A DNA stretch of 35,327 nucleotides from Craspedostauros australis (Eukaryota), in contig JALAGF010006557.1 of NCBI GenBank assembly GCA_030167865.1, positions 1 to 35,327 of the forward strand, given 5' to 3'. The first letter of the stretch is position 1. Each line of letters starts with the position of its first letter. The position numbers were made by a program, and so were the translations under genes. The notes below the pieces were generated by a model. The model worked only from the letters and a program-made list of their open reading frames with translations. It made no database searches and had not been told where the DNA came from. Positions 11,427 through 22,697 of this stretch are shown one piece after another.

Positions 11427-14177
11427 ATGAGAAATAGCGACGACGAAGACGCGCAGCTGCAGGCGGCGTTGGCCATGTCGTTGAAGGCGCAGGCGCCTCA
11501 GCCCGCTCCAGCGAGCAACGTCGATCTGGACATGCAGCTGGCGCTGACCATGTCCCTGCAGGCCGGCGGTGCCAGCGGTGCGGACACTGCCATGGATATC
11601 GTGGATGATGATGATGAGGATCTCCGGGCCGCCTTGTCGCTGTCGATGCAGAGCGATGGTGCTGCTGCGAGTGCGGCTGTGGCGGTCAACGATGGCGACG
11701 GAAACGACACCATCAACTCGATGGACGTCAGTCCAGCCAAAGCGGCGGCAGCGGCAGCAGCCAATGGAGGAGATACAAGTACACTCGAAGCATCGCCACC
11801 AGGAGTACAACCAGGCACAATAACGCCCGAACCCGGACCAACAACAACAGCAACAGCAGCAACAACAACAGCTGTAGATGTGGTGGATGAAGAAGATGAC
11901 AGGAAACCAGCCGCAAAGCCAAGTCCTGTCGCACCTCTGGTTGCCACCACATCCTACGACTGGCTGCCCGCCGGACCGCTGTCTGCAGATGTGCAAGCAT
12001 GGTACGCCACCGCGCAGCCCTGCGATATGCACGACTTTCACAACATCATGTGGGATCCCGTCATCAGCACGCAGAACGACCGCAAGCGATGGGTCTCGCA
12101 GGGCATCAATTTCCGCGATCACGATCCGCAGCAGGCGCAGCTCGATCACGTCGCAGCGATGGACTCCATGCTGGCCGCCCTCATCACGAATCACGGTCCT
12201 TGGGGATTGACGCAGGCCCATGGCGGTCCGTGCGGCGTGTTGGCGGCCGTGCAGGCCGAGTTCTTGCGATTGCTCCTTTTCGGCACGACGTCCAATCCAT
12301 CGGATGACGGTCCCCAATTCCCGGATCGATTGAGCAACAAGCGCGTGTTGGCCAAGCCCGATCTGTCCGAACCCACCGTCCTGCGCAGCATGGCCATGGC
12401 GATCGCCGTCATCTTGGCAAGGGCGGCCTTGGCGCCGGCGGCATCCGAAGCAACGAATGATCGTCCCCAGCAGGTTCGCCTCGTGCTGCCCAAGTCGCAA
12501 ACGACGTCGACGGCATCCGAATCGCTGGGTATGGATGCTTTTGCGCCGTGGGGAACCAATGCGAGTGGCAGCAATCTATCCGCGACCTTGATGGTGTACA
12601 CTGTGGATCTCGACACGATGGAAGACACGCAGAACAACTCACCATCATCAGCTGTTGCTGGTACTGTTGTTGCCGATGCTGCGAACCCGCAGAGTGCTGC
12701 TGTATCCAGCGCGGCGCCATCTCCTATTGCGTCGTCTCCGTTGCTGTCGCAGTTGGACAATCAGATATTCGCATTGGCCCGTGCTGTCACCAAATTCCTG
12801 TTGCAACGGCCGCTTGTTGGAAGACCACCGCTGGATTGCTTTCGACAACCGGGAGGCGTCGTGCTCCTCGTCATGTCCCTGGCGACATCGCGCGGCGCGC
12901 AGCTCGTCCAGCAGGATATGGACGACACCACGGCCAGACTCACGGGACGGTTCGGACATTGCAACCAGGAACTCATCAACCTCCTGCTCACAGGCCAGTC
13001 CGTCTCCAACGTCTTTGACAACACCCTCTCGCCGTCCGAAGGCATCACGTGCCGCGGCGTCCAAATGCGCCCGGCCATCGGATATCTCACGCAGCTCGAA
13101 GCCATGCGCTACGTCGAGGTCGGTGGGTTTTACAAATCGCCGCGCTTCCCCATCTGGGTCGTCGGTTCCACGAGCCACTTCACCGTCATGTTCGGCGACG
13201 CCATAGCCCTCAAGGAGAGCAAGTCCGACGCCCTCCTCGAAAAGTGCCGCCGCGCCTTCAAATCCATCGAAGGCGGCGAGGAGAATGGTTTCATCGCGGC
13301 CACGTCGTTGCGCCAGTTCTTTAATTCGGTCGATTACGGCGGCATTACGGATTCCGAGATCGCCACGTTGTCGGCCACGTTGGAGGTGCCGGGGGCAGGC
13401 ATCATCCTGTGGGACGATCTGTGGAAGCACACGAGCCGGTTGCTCATGGGCGCGTCGTTGAGAGTGGTGTTGCAAATGACGGATACGTCGGGGAAGGCTC
13501 CGCAAGCGCAGATGAAACCGGCTGTGAATCCGGCGTCGCAAGCACCAGCCGTGAAGCCAGCACCAGTCGCCGCCAAACCGCCTGCGAAGACGGATGCTGC
13601 GGAAACCGATGAGGAGATGGCGCGACGTCTCGCTGCCGAATTGAACGGCCCTCAGTTCGTGCCCGCCAAAGTGGTCGCGACGATTCCCGAGGCGGCGTCT
13701 GCTCCCAAAAAAGATGAGGGTCCTCTCAGTGACGAAGACTTCGCTCGACAGCTGCAACAACAATGGGATCAGACCGCCGCCGCAACCGGCATGGCCTCCT
13801 CCTCGACAGCCGCCGCGACGATGAGCAAAGCCGAAGCAGACGATGCCACCATCGCCACGACCACGTCGCAACAGCAAGCACCGTTGCTGCTCACCAACGC
13901 GCCGCACGACGACGACAAGAGCAAGAAACCGCTGATCCAGGACTACGAACGCAGCGACCGCACCATCCAGCTGTATCACTACAACGGCCTGCGCGGCGGC
14001 ACGTTGCATGCCTTTCGCGTGACACGATTGAGCGCGGAAGAAGCCGTGGGGGCTAGCATCGCTCTGGGACGCGGCAACAGCGTCGCGGGGGAGACGGATC
14101 TTGGTGACGTCGTGCGCACGCGGTGGCCGTCGTCCGTCATCAATTGGTTGGGTGGGTCGCCGCCGTCGATCAATTGA
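11427..14177 (+). CDS. MINDY-3/4 (FAM188)-family deubiquitinase with UIM and MIU-like ubiquitin-binding motifs
   Basis: Catalytic GLTQAHGGPCGVLAAVQA, GHCNQELINLLLTG, KSPRFPIWVVGSTSHFTVMF and LYHYNGL; EF-hand-like segment; three N-terminal UIMs (e.g. EDAQLQAALAMSL). Confidence 0.9.
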   Translation: MRNSDDEDAQLQAALAMSLKAQAPQPAPASNVDLDMQLALTMSLQAGGASGADTAMDIVDDDDEDLRAALSLSMQSDGAAASAAVAVNDGDGNDTINSMDVSPAKAAAAAAANGGDTSTLEASPPGVQPGTITPEPGPTTTATAATTTAVDVVDEEDDRKPAAKPSPVAPLVATTSYDWLPAGPLSADVQAWYATAQPCDMHDFHNIMWDPVISTQNDRKRWVSQGINFRDHDPQQAQLDHVAAMDSMLAALITNHGPWGLTQAHGGPCGVLAAVQAEFLRLLLFGTTSNPSDDGPQFPDRLSNKRVLAKPDLSEPTVLRSMAMAIAVILARAALAPAASEATNDRPQQVRLVLPKSQTTSTASESLGMDAFAPWGTNASGSNLSATLMVYTVDLDTMEDTQNNSPSSAVAGTVVADAANPQSAAVSSAAPSPIASSPLLSQLDNQIFALARAVTKFLLQRPLVGRPPLDCFRQPGGVVLLVMSLATSRGAQLVQQDMDDTTARLTGRFGHCNQELINLLLTGQSVSNVFDNTLSPSEGITCRGVQMRPAIGYLTQLEAMRYVEVGGFYKSPRFPIWVVGSTSHFTVMFGDAIALKESKSDALLEKCRRAFKSIEGGEENGFIAATSLRQFFNSVDYGGITDSEIATLSATLEVPGAGIILWDDLWKHTSRLLMGASLRVVLQMTDTSGKAPQAQMKPAVNPASQAPAVKPAPVAAKPPAKTDAAETDEEMARRLAAELNGPQFVPAKVVATIPEAASAPKKDEGPLSDEDFARQLQQQWDQTAAATGMASSSTAAATMSKAEADDATIATTTSQQQAPLLLTNAPHDDDKSKKPLIQDYERSDRTIQLYHYNGLRGGTLHAFRVTRLSAEEAVGASIALGRGNSVAGETDLGDVVRTRWPSSVINWLGGSPPSIN

Positions 14178-14456
14178 ACGTCATTAATGTACAGGGTCGT
14201 CTCATATTAATACAAGCACAAGAGTAGAAAAGTACTGTTGTGGGTACTCGTGCGAGTGTGCATCTGTATGTTCCTTGAATAGTTGCAGAGTGGAGCAATC
14301 TAATGTGGAGTAGTGTTTATCCTTTGTGCTGTCAGTGCTCTATGAGGTGGCCTACTCCATTCGTGCTGTATGGTACTTCTGTCAGCCATATCATACTGCC
14401 ATACTGCCATACTGCCATCCCACGTACTATATGATGTGATACGTGGTTGTAGCATC

Positions 14457-15464
14457 CTACTTGCTGGTATCCGCCGTGACGTCCATGGTGAAGTCGTAGT
14501 TGATGGTCGGTATCATGGAGCTGACGAACTTGAGGAAGATGAAGAGGTACATCTCCACCGTCGGCAGCTTCTCCTCTTCGCCTTCCCCTTGAATGGTGTC
14601 CTTGCTGACGAGATTGCGCACGATCGCCTTCATAACCGCGCCGTGCTTGCAAGGATGTATGCTGGCATGCGGTCCCGAGACGTGTGGATGGTTCTCAATC
14701 GTGACGGTGCGGTTGGCGTAGTCGGAGATGACGTCCTCCATCATCTGCTGTCCCGTGAGGGGCTGTCCTTGCGTCGATTTGCCGACCATCCAGACGCGCG
14801 GCGTGTTGTAGTACTTGTCGTAGGTGATGGATAGATCGTACGTTCGGACTTTGACGAGAAGCTGGTTGGTGTCGTCTTGTGGTGAGCTGCTGGCCGCCGC
14901 GTCGTCTTGGATCAAGGTGTCATCCTGGAAATAGTCCTCCATGTCGGCGAATTCGTCGTCGTCGTCGTCGTCTTTGGCGTCGCCTGCGGTGGCGGCAGCT
15001 GATGTGGGAGTCGTCGCAGCCGGTTTCTCCATGATCTCACCATCCGCATCCACGAGATCAAAGTCGTCCTCTATGGAATCGTGGTCGTTGCCATCGTCGT
15101 TGCTGCTGGTGTTCTTGGCATCGGCCGCCGCATCGTTGCGAATGACGTTGGAGATGAGCCAATCGCCCACGTCCGCATCATCATCGCCGGTGCTGAGCAT
15201 CTCCATGCCGGTCTCCATGGACGCCACGCGCTGCTGACACGGGACGCTGCGCGTGATGAGGTACTGCTTGTTGGGCGGCAGATGCGGCTTGAGCTTGGCG
15301 GGATCCCCGCTCTCCCAGCTCCACGTGGGACATCGAAAGACCAGCTCGTCCCCCGCCTGAACGAACTCCTCCGGCGTCAGCTGTCCCTTGTTGAGGAAGG
15401 CGGAGTTCTTGAGGGTGGGAGATGCCCACTCGCGCAGGTCGCGGAGGTATCCGATCGTCGACAT
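14457..15464 (-). CDS. ATG3: Autophagy E2-like enzyme ATG3
   Basis: GQLTPEEFVQAGDELVFRCPTWSW, RTYDLSITYDKYYNTPR, active-site SIHPCKH, and YLFIFLKFVSSMIPTINYDFT. Confidence 0.97.
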   Translation of the reverse strand: MSTIGYLRDLREWASPTLKNSAFLNKGQLTPEEFVQAGDELVFRCPTWSWESGDPAKLKPHLPPNKQYLITRSVPCQQRVASMETGMEMLSTGDDDADVGDWLISNVIRNDAAADAKNTSSNDDGNDHDSIEDDFDLVDADGEIMEKPAATTPTSAAATAGDAKDDDDDDEFADMEDYFQDDTLIQDDAAASSSPQDDTNQLLVKVRTYDLSITYDKYYNTPRVWMVGKSTQGQPLTGQQMMEDVISDYANRTVTIENHPHVSGPHASIHPCKHGAVMKAIVRNLVSKDTIQGEGEEEKLPTVEMYLFIFLKFVSSMIPTINYDFTMDVTADTSK

Positions 15465-16775
15465 GTTGTGCGGGAAAGAAGTTGTTGGCGTCTATGGTTC
15501 TCTGTCAGAGGATGGATGGATGGAGTGTTGGAGTCGATTATATTTATGTTGTATTCTATAATATGAATCAAGATTCACAAGGCTCGAATGAATGCAGTTG
15601 TGGATGCTTCAGCCTGCGATCACCCCCTCTCTCTTTCTCTGTCGTTGTTCTCTTGCAATCCGGATGTGTTTGAGATGTGGAAGATGCCACGATGCGAGCC
15701 TTCGTTTGGGTGTATCCAAAGGCTTCTCTTCGCTCTTCTGTTGTGTTCGTTTCCAGATTCTTGATGTGTCGAGTCCTGCCACGTTTGGACTCAACCGAAC
15801 CTCTTTGTATTCTCGTCTAATCACAATTTTGTGTCTGACCCATGTCGCAGTCTTCCACGATTAGGGATAAATTGCGTGACATGTGCGCCATGAATTTGGC
15901 GGGGCGAGGTTGATCACAAGACGACTGTCATGATGTTGGTTGCGAGGTGGCGGCAAGAGTGGTGGCAAGATGGAGAGAACGTGAAGGCAGGAATGTCTGT
16001 CACGACCAACCTCCATCCGAACCGAACGAGAGGAAGTCCAAAAGAGAGAGCAAGAGAGAGCAAGAGGGAGGGAGGAGGGTGGGTCGCACCCGATGTGTCA
16101 GTGACCATTTCGGACCATCACACACAAGAGAGGTGCGACAAAGAGGGACGAGGGAGAACACGAAGAGGGTTGGTGGAAAGAGTCCGCAGACGGGAAAGGC
16201 GCAGCACCAACAAAGGCACAGCGTTGGTTCCACCCTCCCTGGAATCACCGAATTGGTCAATCAAAGAGAACGAGAGTGCGGAGACACCGATCAATTAGTC
16301 CAACTGACAATTTGGCCGCTCCTGTCTTGCTCCTTCACGAACACGCTCCTTGCGCGGTTGGGAGGATTCAAAAGAGAGTTGGCGGTGTCCTTGGGACGGT
16401 CCGTGTCTCGGCCTTTCTCGTTGCTGGCTGTGTTGGCAGGCTCATACTCATCGGTCATACTCATACTCACACACGCTCTTGCAATTGCGCATCAAACAAG
16501 AAGGCAGTTACGAGTGCGCGTACTCACACGAGCGACCTCCAAAAGATCACTTGACAGGCATCAGCAGGCATCGACAGAGGCAATACAGCAGCCTTTCATG
16601 CCATTGTTGCGCTGATTCCATTCTCGCTTTCAGAGCGTCGACCAGCATCAAGTCCAACTGTGTCCAATTGCGTTAAATTGAGTTGGGAAGAGCGCATTTG
16701 AAAGCCAGTGGCAACAGCTCATGCAACCAAACAGCACAAGCAACCAACTAATCAACCAACCAACCAATCAAGGGA

Positions 16776-19526
16776 ATGATGATGTTTGCCAAGTCCAAGG
16801 CAGCGCAGCGCGGCAGCTCCGTCGATGACAGCACGGCTGACACCAAAACAGACACAACCGCGGACATCACCAGCAGCAGCGACGACAACACGGACGACGA
16901 TGACGATGCAGACATGGACATGTCCAACTTCCGCTTCGGCTCCACGGCCGGCAACCCCAACCAGGACGACGACGACGACCAAGACGAGAACCTCCCATCC
17001 ATGACCATCGATCAGCTCATCGCTCTGGGCTACTCCCTCACCGAGATCGTCCCGCAATGCCAGCTCAATCGCCGTCACGTCGCTCTCAAGGACTACGCTC
17101 GTCGCGGCACCAGTTTGGAGCGCATGATGGAACGCGATGGTGGCAAGCGCAGCAGCACGGGACATGGCTACGACAGCGACGACAACGACGCCAAGAGCCG
17201 CAGCAGCGCACCGCCCGACATCAAGACCTTGCGCAAGGGAAAGAGGACCGACAGATCACCGTCGCCGCCACCCAAACCGCGGTCCAAGCATGCCCTAGAC
17301 TCGCCCACCCGAATCAAGCTCAAGGACGCCCTCAAGGATAAGTCCGACAACAAAATACACGTCAACAAGCAAACGAGGAAGCGTCTCAAGCAGATCATGA
17401 TCGGCGGCACCAGTTCCAGCAAGCTCAACGTCGATGAGGCCGAAGCGTCGTCGTCATCGTCGTCATCTGAATTGGAATCGAACGCAAATGCGGTGGGCAT
17501 TGACATTGGCTCGCCGGCACGGTACCATCTCAAGAAGTTCTTCTGGGGCAATCTGTCGGACTTTGGCGACACGCCTCTCGCATCAGCGAAGAAGACGACG
17601 CGCGGTCGCAGCACGGTGCCGCGCAAATCCATGAGCAAGTCGTTATCGCAGAAGCTGTCATCCGTCCGCAAATCGCGATCGCCCGCCATCAAAGAAAAAC
17701 CGAGAGGTTCCCCAGGCGACAACTCGGAAGCCTCGGGATCGCAAGTCAACTGCCGTCCTTCCCTGACGCGCATGACGGCGAGCCCGGGTTGGACGGAGGG
17801 CGTCTACCAGCGCAACTCATCCGAGGAGCTCATGAAGCAATCGGAATTCTTGCAATCGTCCGTGCATGATATCCGCACGAAGCAGAAGCTGAAGCCGAGC
17901 CGTCTCAAGGCGGTGCCCAAGAACGTCAAATCGCCGGACCGCGAGACGGATGCCGACGATTACTACAACACGGATCCCATCCCGGAGCAGACCAAGATCA
18001 TTCTGCCGGAATTGAAGATTCGGGAACGCGGGCATGAGCAGATCTCGGGCGAGTCGTCGAAGGAGGAGTCGCGGTCCGATAGCGATCTGTTGCAGCGCGA
18101 GCGGCGGAAGAAGGATCGCAAGAAGAGCCGGGGGCGCAGCAGCGACAAGAAATCGTCGTCGTCATCGCGCAGCAAGAGTTCGGATGCGAGCAAGGTGGAG
18201 ACAAAGACGTCGTCATCCAAGAAGAGTTCGAGCAGCCGCGACAAGACGAGCAGCAAGTCGAAGAGCAGCAAAAGCAAGAGCAAGGACAAATCGAGCACCA
18301 GCGACGGCAAGAGCAAATCGAAAAGTAGAAAGAGCCTTCTGGATGTGGATGGCGCTGCATCATCGTCAACTTCCAAGATTGGTGAAGCGTCGGCGAAAAT
18401 GGACGATGCCAAGACTGCCAAAGAAGTAGACGACAAAGAAGAAAAGCGTCCCAAGAGCACCGGAGATCTCGAAGCATTGCGCAAGGCACGCAAGAAATCG
18501 TCGTCGTCATCTTCCAAAAAGTCATCATCATCGTCGTCCTCCAAAAAGCCATCATCGACCTCCAAGATCGGACCGCTCGGCAAGAAGAAAAAGAAAAAGA
18601 AGAGCAAGAAGAAGCACAAGATCCGTCCGATGGTCAAGATGGAAACGATCGAGGAGGTGTCCGAGCGCACCGCCAGCAGTATCGGGAGGTCCATGCAGTC
18701 CCTCATCTCGCAACCCACCAGCATTGGAGATATCTCCATGATCTCGATGATCTCCATGGAAGAGCCTGGCACAGCATCTCAGACGCCGCAAAGTACTGCA
18801 CCTCCGGTAACGACAGTGACGGCATCTGCCAAGACAGATGACGACGAAGCTGCACCGGCCAAACCTCGCAGCAGCAAGAGACGATCCGACTCATCATCGT
18901 CACGCAAGCCATCGTCCAGCAGAAAGCAGGAAGACAAGCCCAAATCATCCAAGAAGCCCAAGAGTTCGCGCAAGAAGTCATCGTCCGTCAGCAAGGTGGA
19001 CATGGATGCCGCCAACACGAGCTCCAAATCGTTGGCATCCGGAACGACCAAGAAGAAGAAGAAGTCGAGCAAGAAGAGCAGCAAGTCGACCAGATCGATC
19101 ACCGAATCGTCATCGAGCAAGCCGTCGTCATCCCGTAAGACCAAAGAGAAGAGCAGCAAGGAAGACGGCTTGCGTGTCAAATCTCGATCATCACGCGCCG
19201 TGTTGGAAACGTCTATACCATCGTCATCGTTATCATCATCATCGTCGTCCAAACCCAGATCCGGCCGCAAGCAGAAGACATCGAGCAGCACCGACGACGA
19301 CAAGAAGACGAAGAAACGCAGCCATTCCTTGGACACGGAGAAGCGACGCAGCGAACGACGGCGCAGCGATGCACCTGGCAAATCCGCGACATCCGGACGA
19401 TCCTCGTCGGTCGATCGAAAGTCGTCGCGCTCCAAGAAAAGCGATAGCAAGTCCACCAGCGAACGGCGCAGCGGTCTCATGTCCAAGGTCAAGGGACTGT
19501 TTGGTTCGTCGTCCAAGAAGTCATGA
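16776..19526 (+). CDS. Ser/Lys-rich, probably disordered hypothetical protein, 916 aa
   Basis: 2.75-kb uninterrupted ORF with host-like codon usage, poly-Ser and poly-Lys runs, and no signal peptide or recognised domain. Confidence 0.75.
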   Translation: MMMFAKSKAAQRGSSVDDSTADTKTDTTADITSSSDDNTDDDDDADMDMSNFRFGSTAGNPNQDDDDDQDENLPSMTIDQLIALGYSLTEIVPQCQLNRRHVALKDYARRGTSLERMMERDGGKRSSTGHGYDSDDNDAKSRSSAPPDIKTLRKGKRTDRSPSPPPKPRSKHALDSPTRIKLKDALKDKSDNKIHVNKQTRKRLKQIMIGGTSSSKLNVDEAEASSSSSSSELESNANAVGIDIGSPARYHLKKFFWGNLSDFGDTPLASAKKTTRGRSTVPRKSMSKSLSQKLSSVRKSRSPAIKEKPRGSPGDNSEASGSQVNCRPSLTRMTASPGWTEGVYQRNSSEELMKQSEFLQSSVHDIRTKQKLKPSRLKAVPKNVKSPDRETDADDYYNTDPIPEQTKIILPELKIRERGHEQISGESSKEESRSDSDLLQRERRKKDRKKSRGRSSDKKSSSSSRSKSSDASKVETKTSSSKKSSSSRDKTSSKSKSSKSKSKDKSSTSDGKSKSKSRKSLLDVDGAASSSTSKIGEASAKMDDAKTAKEVDDKEEKRPKSTGDLEALRKARKKSSSSSSKKSSSSSSSKKPSSTSKIGPLGKKKKKKKSKKKHKIRPMVKMETIEEVSERTASSIGRSMQSLISQPTSIGDISMISMISMEEPGTASQTPQSTAPPVTTVTASAKTDDDEAAPAKPRSSKRRSDSSSSRKPSSSRKQEDKPKSSKKPKSSRKKSSSVSKVDMDAANTSSKSLASGTTKKKKKSSKKSSKSTRSITESSSSKPSSSRKTKEKSSKEDGLRVKSRSSRAVLETSIPSSSLSSSSSSKPRSGRKQKTSSSTDDDKKTKKRSHSLDTEKRRSERRRSDAPGKSATSGRSSSVDRKSSRSKKSDSKSTSERRSGLMSKVKGLFGSSSKKS

Positions 19527-19960
19527 CGAGTACAACACGGCAGCATACATACACCTCATAACATATCAACAATTAGCTACACAACACAATACAATGCAGT
19601 AGAGCAGATTAGAGTACTCTAGAGGGGGAATCCACTTTGCACAGCGTAACATATCAGGAGATTCTAGTGTGCGTCAGAACAAATACTGCGTGGTGCACAA
19701 TGCGCGATGCGTATTGCACGTCAGTTGCATCATGTAGACTCTCTCTCTCTTCTGGGCGTCCTCCTTCTGTCTTGGTCGTCGTGTACTAATGGTGTTGTTG
19801 CATTCAGTCACCGCACCGATCGCACATTCCACAGACCGCTTGCAATGAAACGATACGAGTGGTCCGACAATAGAGCTATACTCTCCAGCCAATGGAACAA
19901 TAGTCTCTACGGAGTATTTCAATAGACTAGGATACAATTTGAATGCTATTGTATAATAGT

Positions 19961-20624
19961 CTAGATATCGTCGAACGCAATACCAATGTCATCATCGTCA
20001 TCATCTCCCGCCATGGCCATATCGACGGCCGTCTCATTGATCCTCGCATTCTCCGGCAGCTCGCCGTACTGCTTGAGGTTACGCGCCTCGTCGGCGGTGT
20101 ACTTGTGCACGATGTCGACCTTCTCGTCCTGGAAGTCACGCTTGCCCACCAGGACGATGTCACCGGCCGTGATCCACACCTTCTTCCGCATCTTGCCGCG
20201 GATGTGTCCCAGCCGCGTCACACCATCGAAGCAGAAGCATTCGCAGCGGCCGTTGCCCAGCATCTTCACGACCTGCGCGTATTCCTGTCCATCCTCCTTG
20301 AATTCCAATTCGCGTTTGCTTTCCTCTCCGTCGCCCTTTCCTCTTCTTCTGTTCTTGCCACCCTTTCCTGTTTATCGAGAACCAGTCATCATGTTGTGAG
20401 TATGATTGTCATTATCATTTGGTTTGAAGATGGGCGAGGTGAGCGATGATCCTATGCAGATCCCATGCAATGATTTCAGCACGCGAAATGAAACGATTTG
20501 TCGCATGACATGTTTCCGCCGTCGTTCCTGGTGTCGCCATGGTCATCACCACAGACCGCAACCATGCCCATTGCAACATCCAGTCCTTCTTCAACTCTCA
20601 TCACTCACCTTTTGGCTTTGGCAT
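19961..20624 (-). CDS. EIF1A: Eukaryotic translation initiation factor 1A; exons 20624-20609 and 20367-19961
   Basis: Splicing the GTGAGT...ACAG intron (20608-20368) gives [16 protein letters not shown]...[22 protein letters not shown]...[12 protein letters not shown], the canonical eIF1A sequence. Confidence 0.96.
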
Positions 20625-21162
20625 CTTGAATCTCCTGTTCTTTCTTTGGTGCTGATTGCTTGTTCCTGTTTATATGAGAGGACTCCTTCGTCTCTAGTCC
20701 ACCTTGGACGCTCGGTTGTTGCTTCCGATCTCGTCTCTTGTCGACTTGTTGTCTCGGATGGTCATGCACAACTTCGCCAATAAACAAGATGAGGATGGTG
20801 GTGAGGACGGCTGGGATGAGATTGGTGTTGTTGCAGTCGTGCTGCCTCCTCTTTTGCTCGGCACCAAACCACCAACATCACAAAACCCCTTTTTTCACAC
20901 CGCACCAACCAAAAACGAAACAAATCGAAGCTCAATTACGCCGACGCACGAATGGCAGACAAAAATGAAAACCAATCGAGTGAATCGTAGATGTACCAGT
21001 TTTACCACTTACTTGTGCATACGGTGGACAGACAGACGCCGATCTCGTGACAACGCTGTGTTGTGGTTGAGTTGCGGCGCGCCTTTTGTGGCCAACGCCA
21101 ATCAGGCAACCCATCTTCATCAGCCCGTTCTCAACAACCCGAACAAAACGCAGAGAGGCAAG

Positions 21163-22456
21163 ATGGTGGGTCAACGATGACGGCTTGCAACGCGGAGGAA
21201 GACGACCATGGCGGCGATAATGCGACGAGATGTTGACATGGATAGAAGCGGCTGTTGTTGGGAATGTGGTGGGGGACGGCAGTGGTTTGAGATAGCGGAG
21301 CGGCGCGACGCAGTGGGAAAGGGCCAATCAGTTGGACGCTTCGTTGCCTTGCTGAAGAGTCAACCAACTCTTCTGCAACATGAAGAACGGCATCCACAAC
21401 ACCTCTGGCAATCGCAGAGCAAGTAGATGATCCCTCAGCAGAAGCTGCGGATGCGAAAGCAAAGGATTGCGGCATCAGAAGCATCCCGATATCGACTAGC
21501 GCACCACCACTTGATTGTCTGTGAGGCGTTGCGTCGAGCTCAGGCAAGCGCCGACATTGGCACCGCAGCGCGGACGCCCCACAACAAAGCAGCCACCACA
21601 TACCATCCCACCGACACCACTACTCCCACACATCCATCAGCCCATTCCACTTCATTCCAGCAGCAAACCTATCCCAATTGCGGGTGCGCACTTGAAAACA
21701 CGTACGGATATGATTTCTGAACCACGATGATGCTAACATCGTTCATTGTTTGTCTCTTGTCTTGTGCTGCACAATCACTTCATTCCCAAATGATCCAACT
21801 CGAACATCCATGCAATCGTCACCGCCGCTTTGTTTGATAACCAACAGGGTATCACACGTGAGGGCAAGCACAAGCGTCGCGAGACAGGAGGCCGTCGCTC
21901 CAAGTTCCGCAAGAAGCGCAAGTTCGAACTCGGCCGACCAGCCGCCAACACCCGAATTGGCGAGCAGCGAATTCACCACGTCCGCGCGCGAGGTGGAAAC
22001 CGCAAGTTCCGTGCCCTCAAATTGGAGTCCGGCAACTTCTCATGGGGCACTGAGGTCTGCACACGCAAGGTCCGCGTCCTCGACGTCACTTACAATGCCT
22101 CCAATAACGAGTTGGTCCGTACCAAGACACTGGTGAAGGGTTCCATCATCGTCATCGATGCCCACCCATTCAAGGCCTGGTACGAGTCACACTACGGCGT
22201 CAAGATCGGAAACAAGAAGAGCGGCGAGTCCAAGCAGGACGTCGCCGACATCTCCGACAAGTCCAAGCAGATCCAAGATAAGTTCAAGAAGCGCCAGGCC
22301 AACAGAACACTGGAGCCAGCACTTGACCACCAGTTCGCCTCCGGACGTATGTACGCCAAGATCACATCGCGACCAGGACAGTCCGGACGCTGCGACGGAT
22401 ACATCCTGGAGGGCAAGGAACTCGTCTTCTACCAGAAAATGATGGCCAAGAAATAA
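21163..22456 (+). CDS. RPS8: 40S ribosomal protein S8 (eS8); exon 1 = ATG 21163-21165 (inferred), exon 2 = 21848-22456
   Basis: [15 protein letters not shown]...[15 protein letters not shown]...[16 protein letters not shown]...[19 protein letters not shown]. The start Met is supplied by an ATG|GTGGGT...CAACAG|GGT intron. Confidence 0.95.
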
Positions 22457-22697
22457 ACAAATACGCAACTAAAACAAAATTACTTTAAAACTACCAGGAC
22501 GATCCATCCATGAGTGCTTCGATGGCAGTGCGTCTTTTGTGGAACTCCGCGTTCATCCTACCCTGATCAACATCCACAGTGCTCTGCCTACTCCCATCAT
22601 GATTCCGCCTGTCACTTCCCATCACGCTCATGATCTTACTTACTTGTACACACAAAATGAACGTTCACAAGTTGGTTAAAATCCATCACCATTTTAT

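Noticed and set aside
16776..19526. Silaffin/cingulin-like biosilica protein because of KSSK-type motifs
   Set aside because: No N-terminal signal peptide; compositional similarity alone is insufficient.
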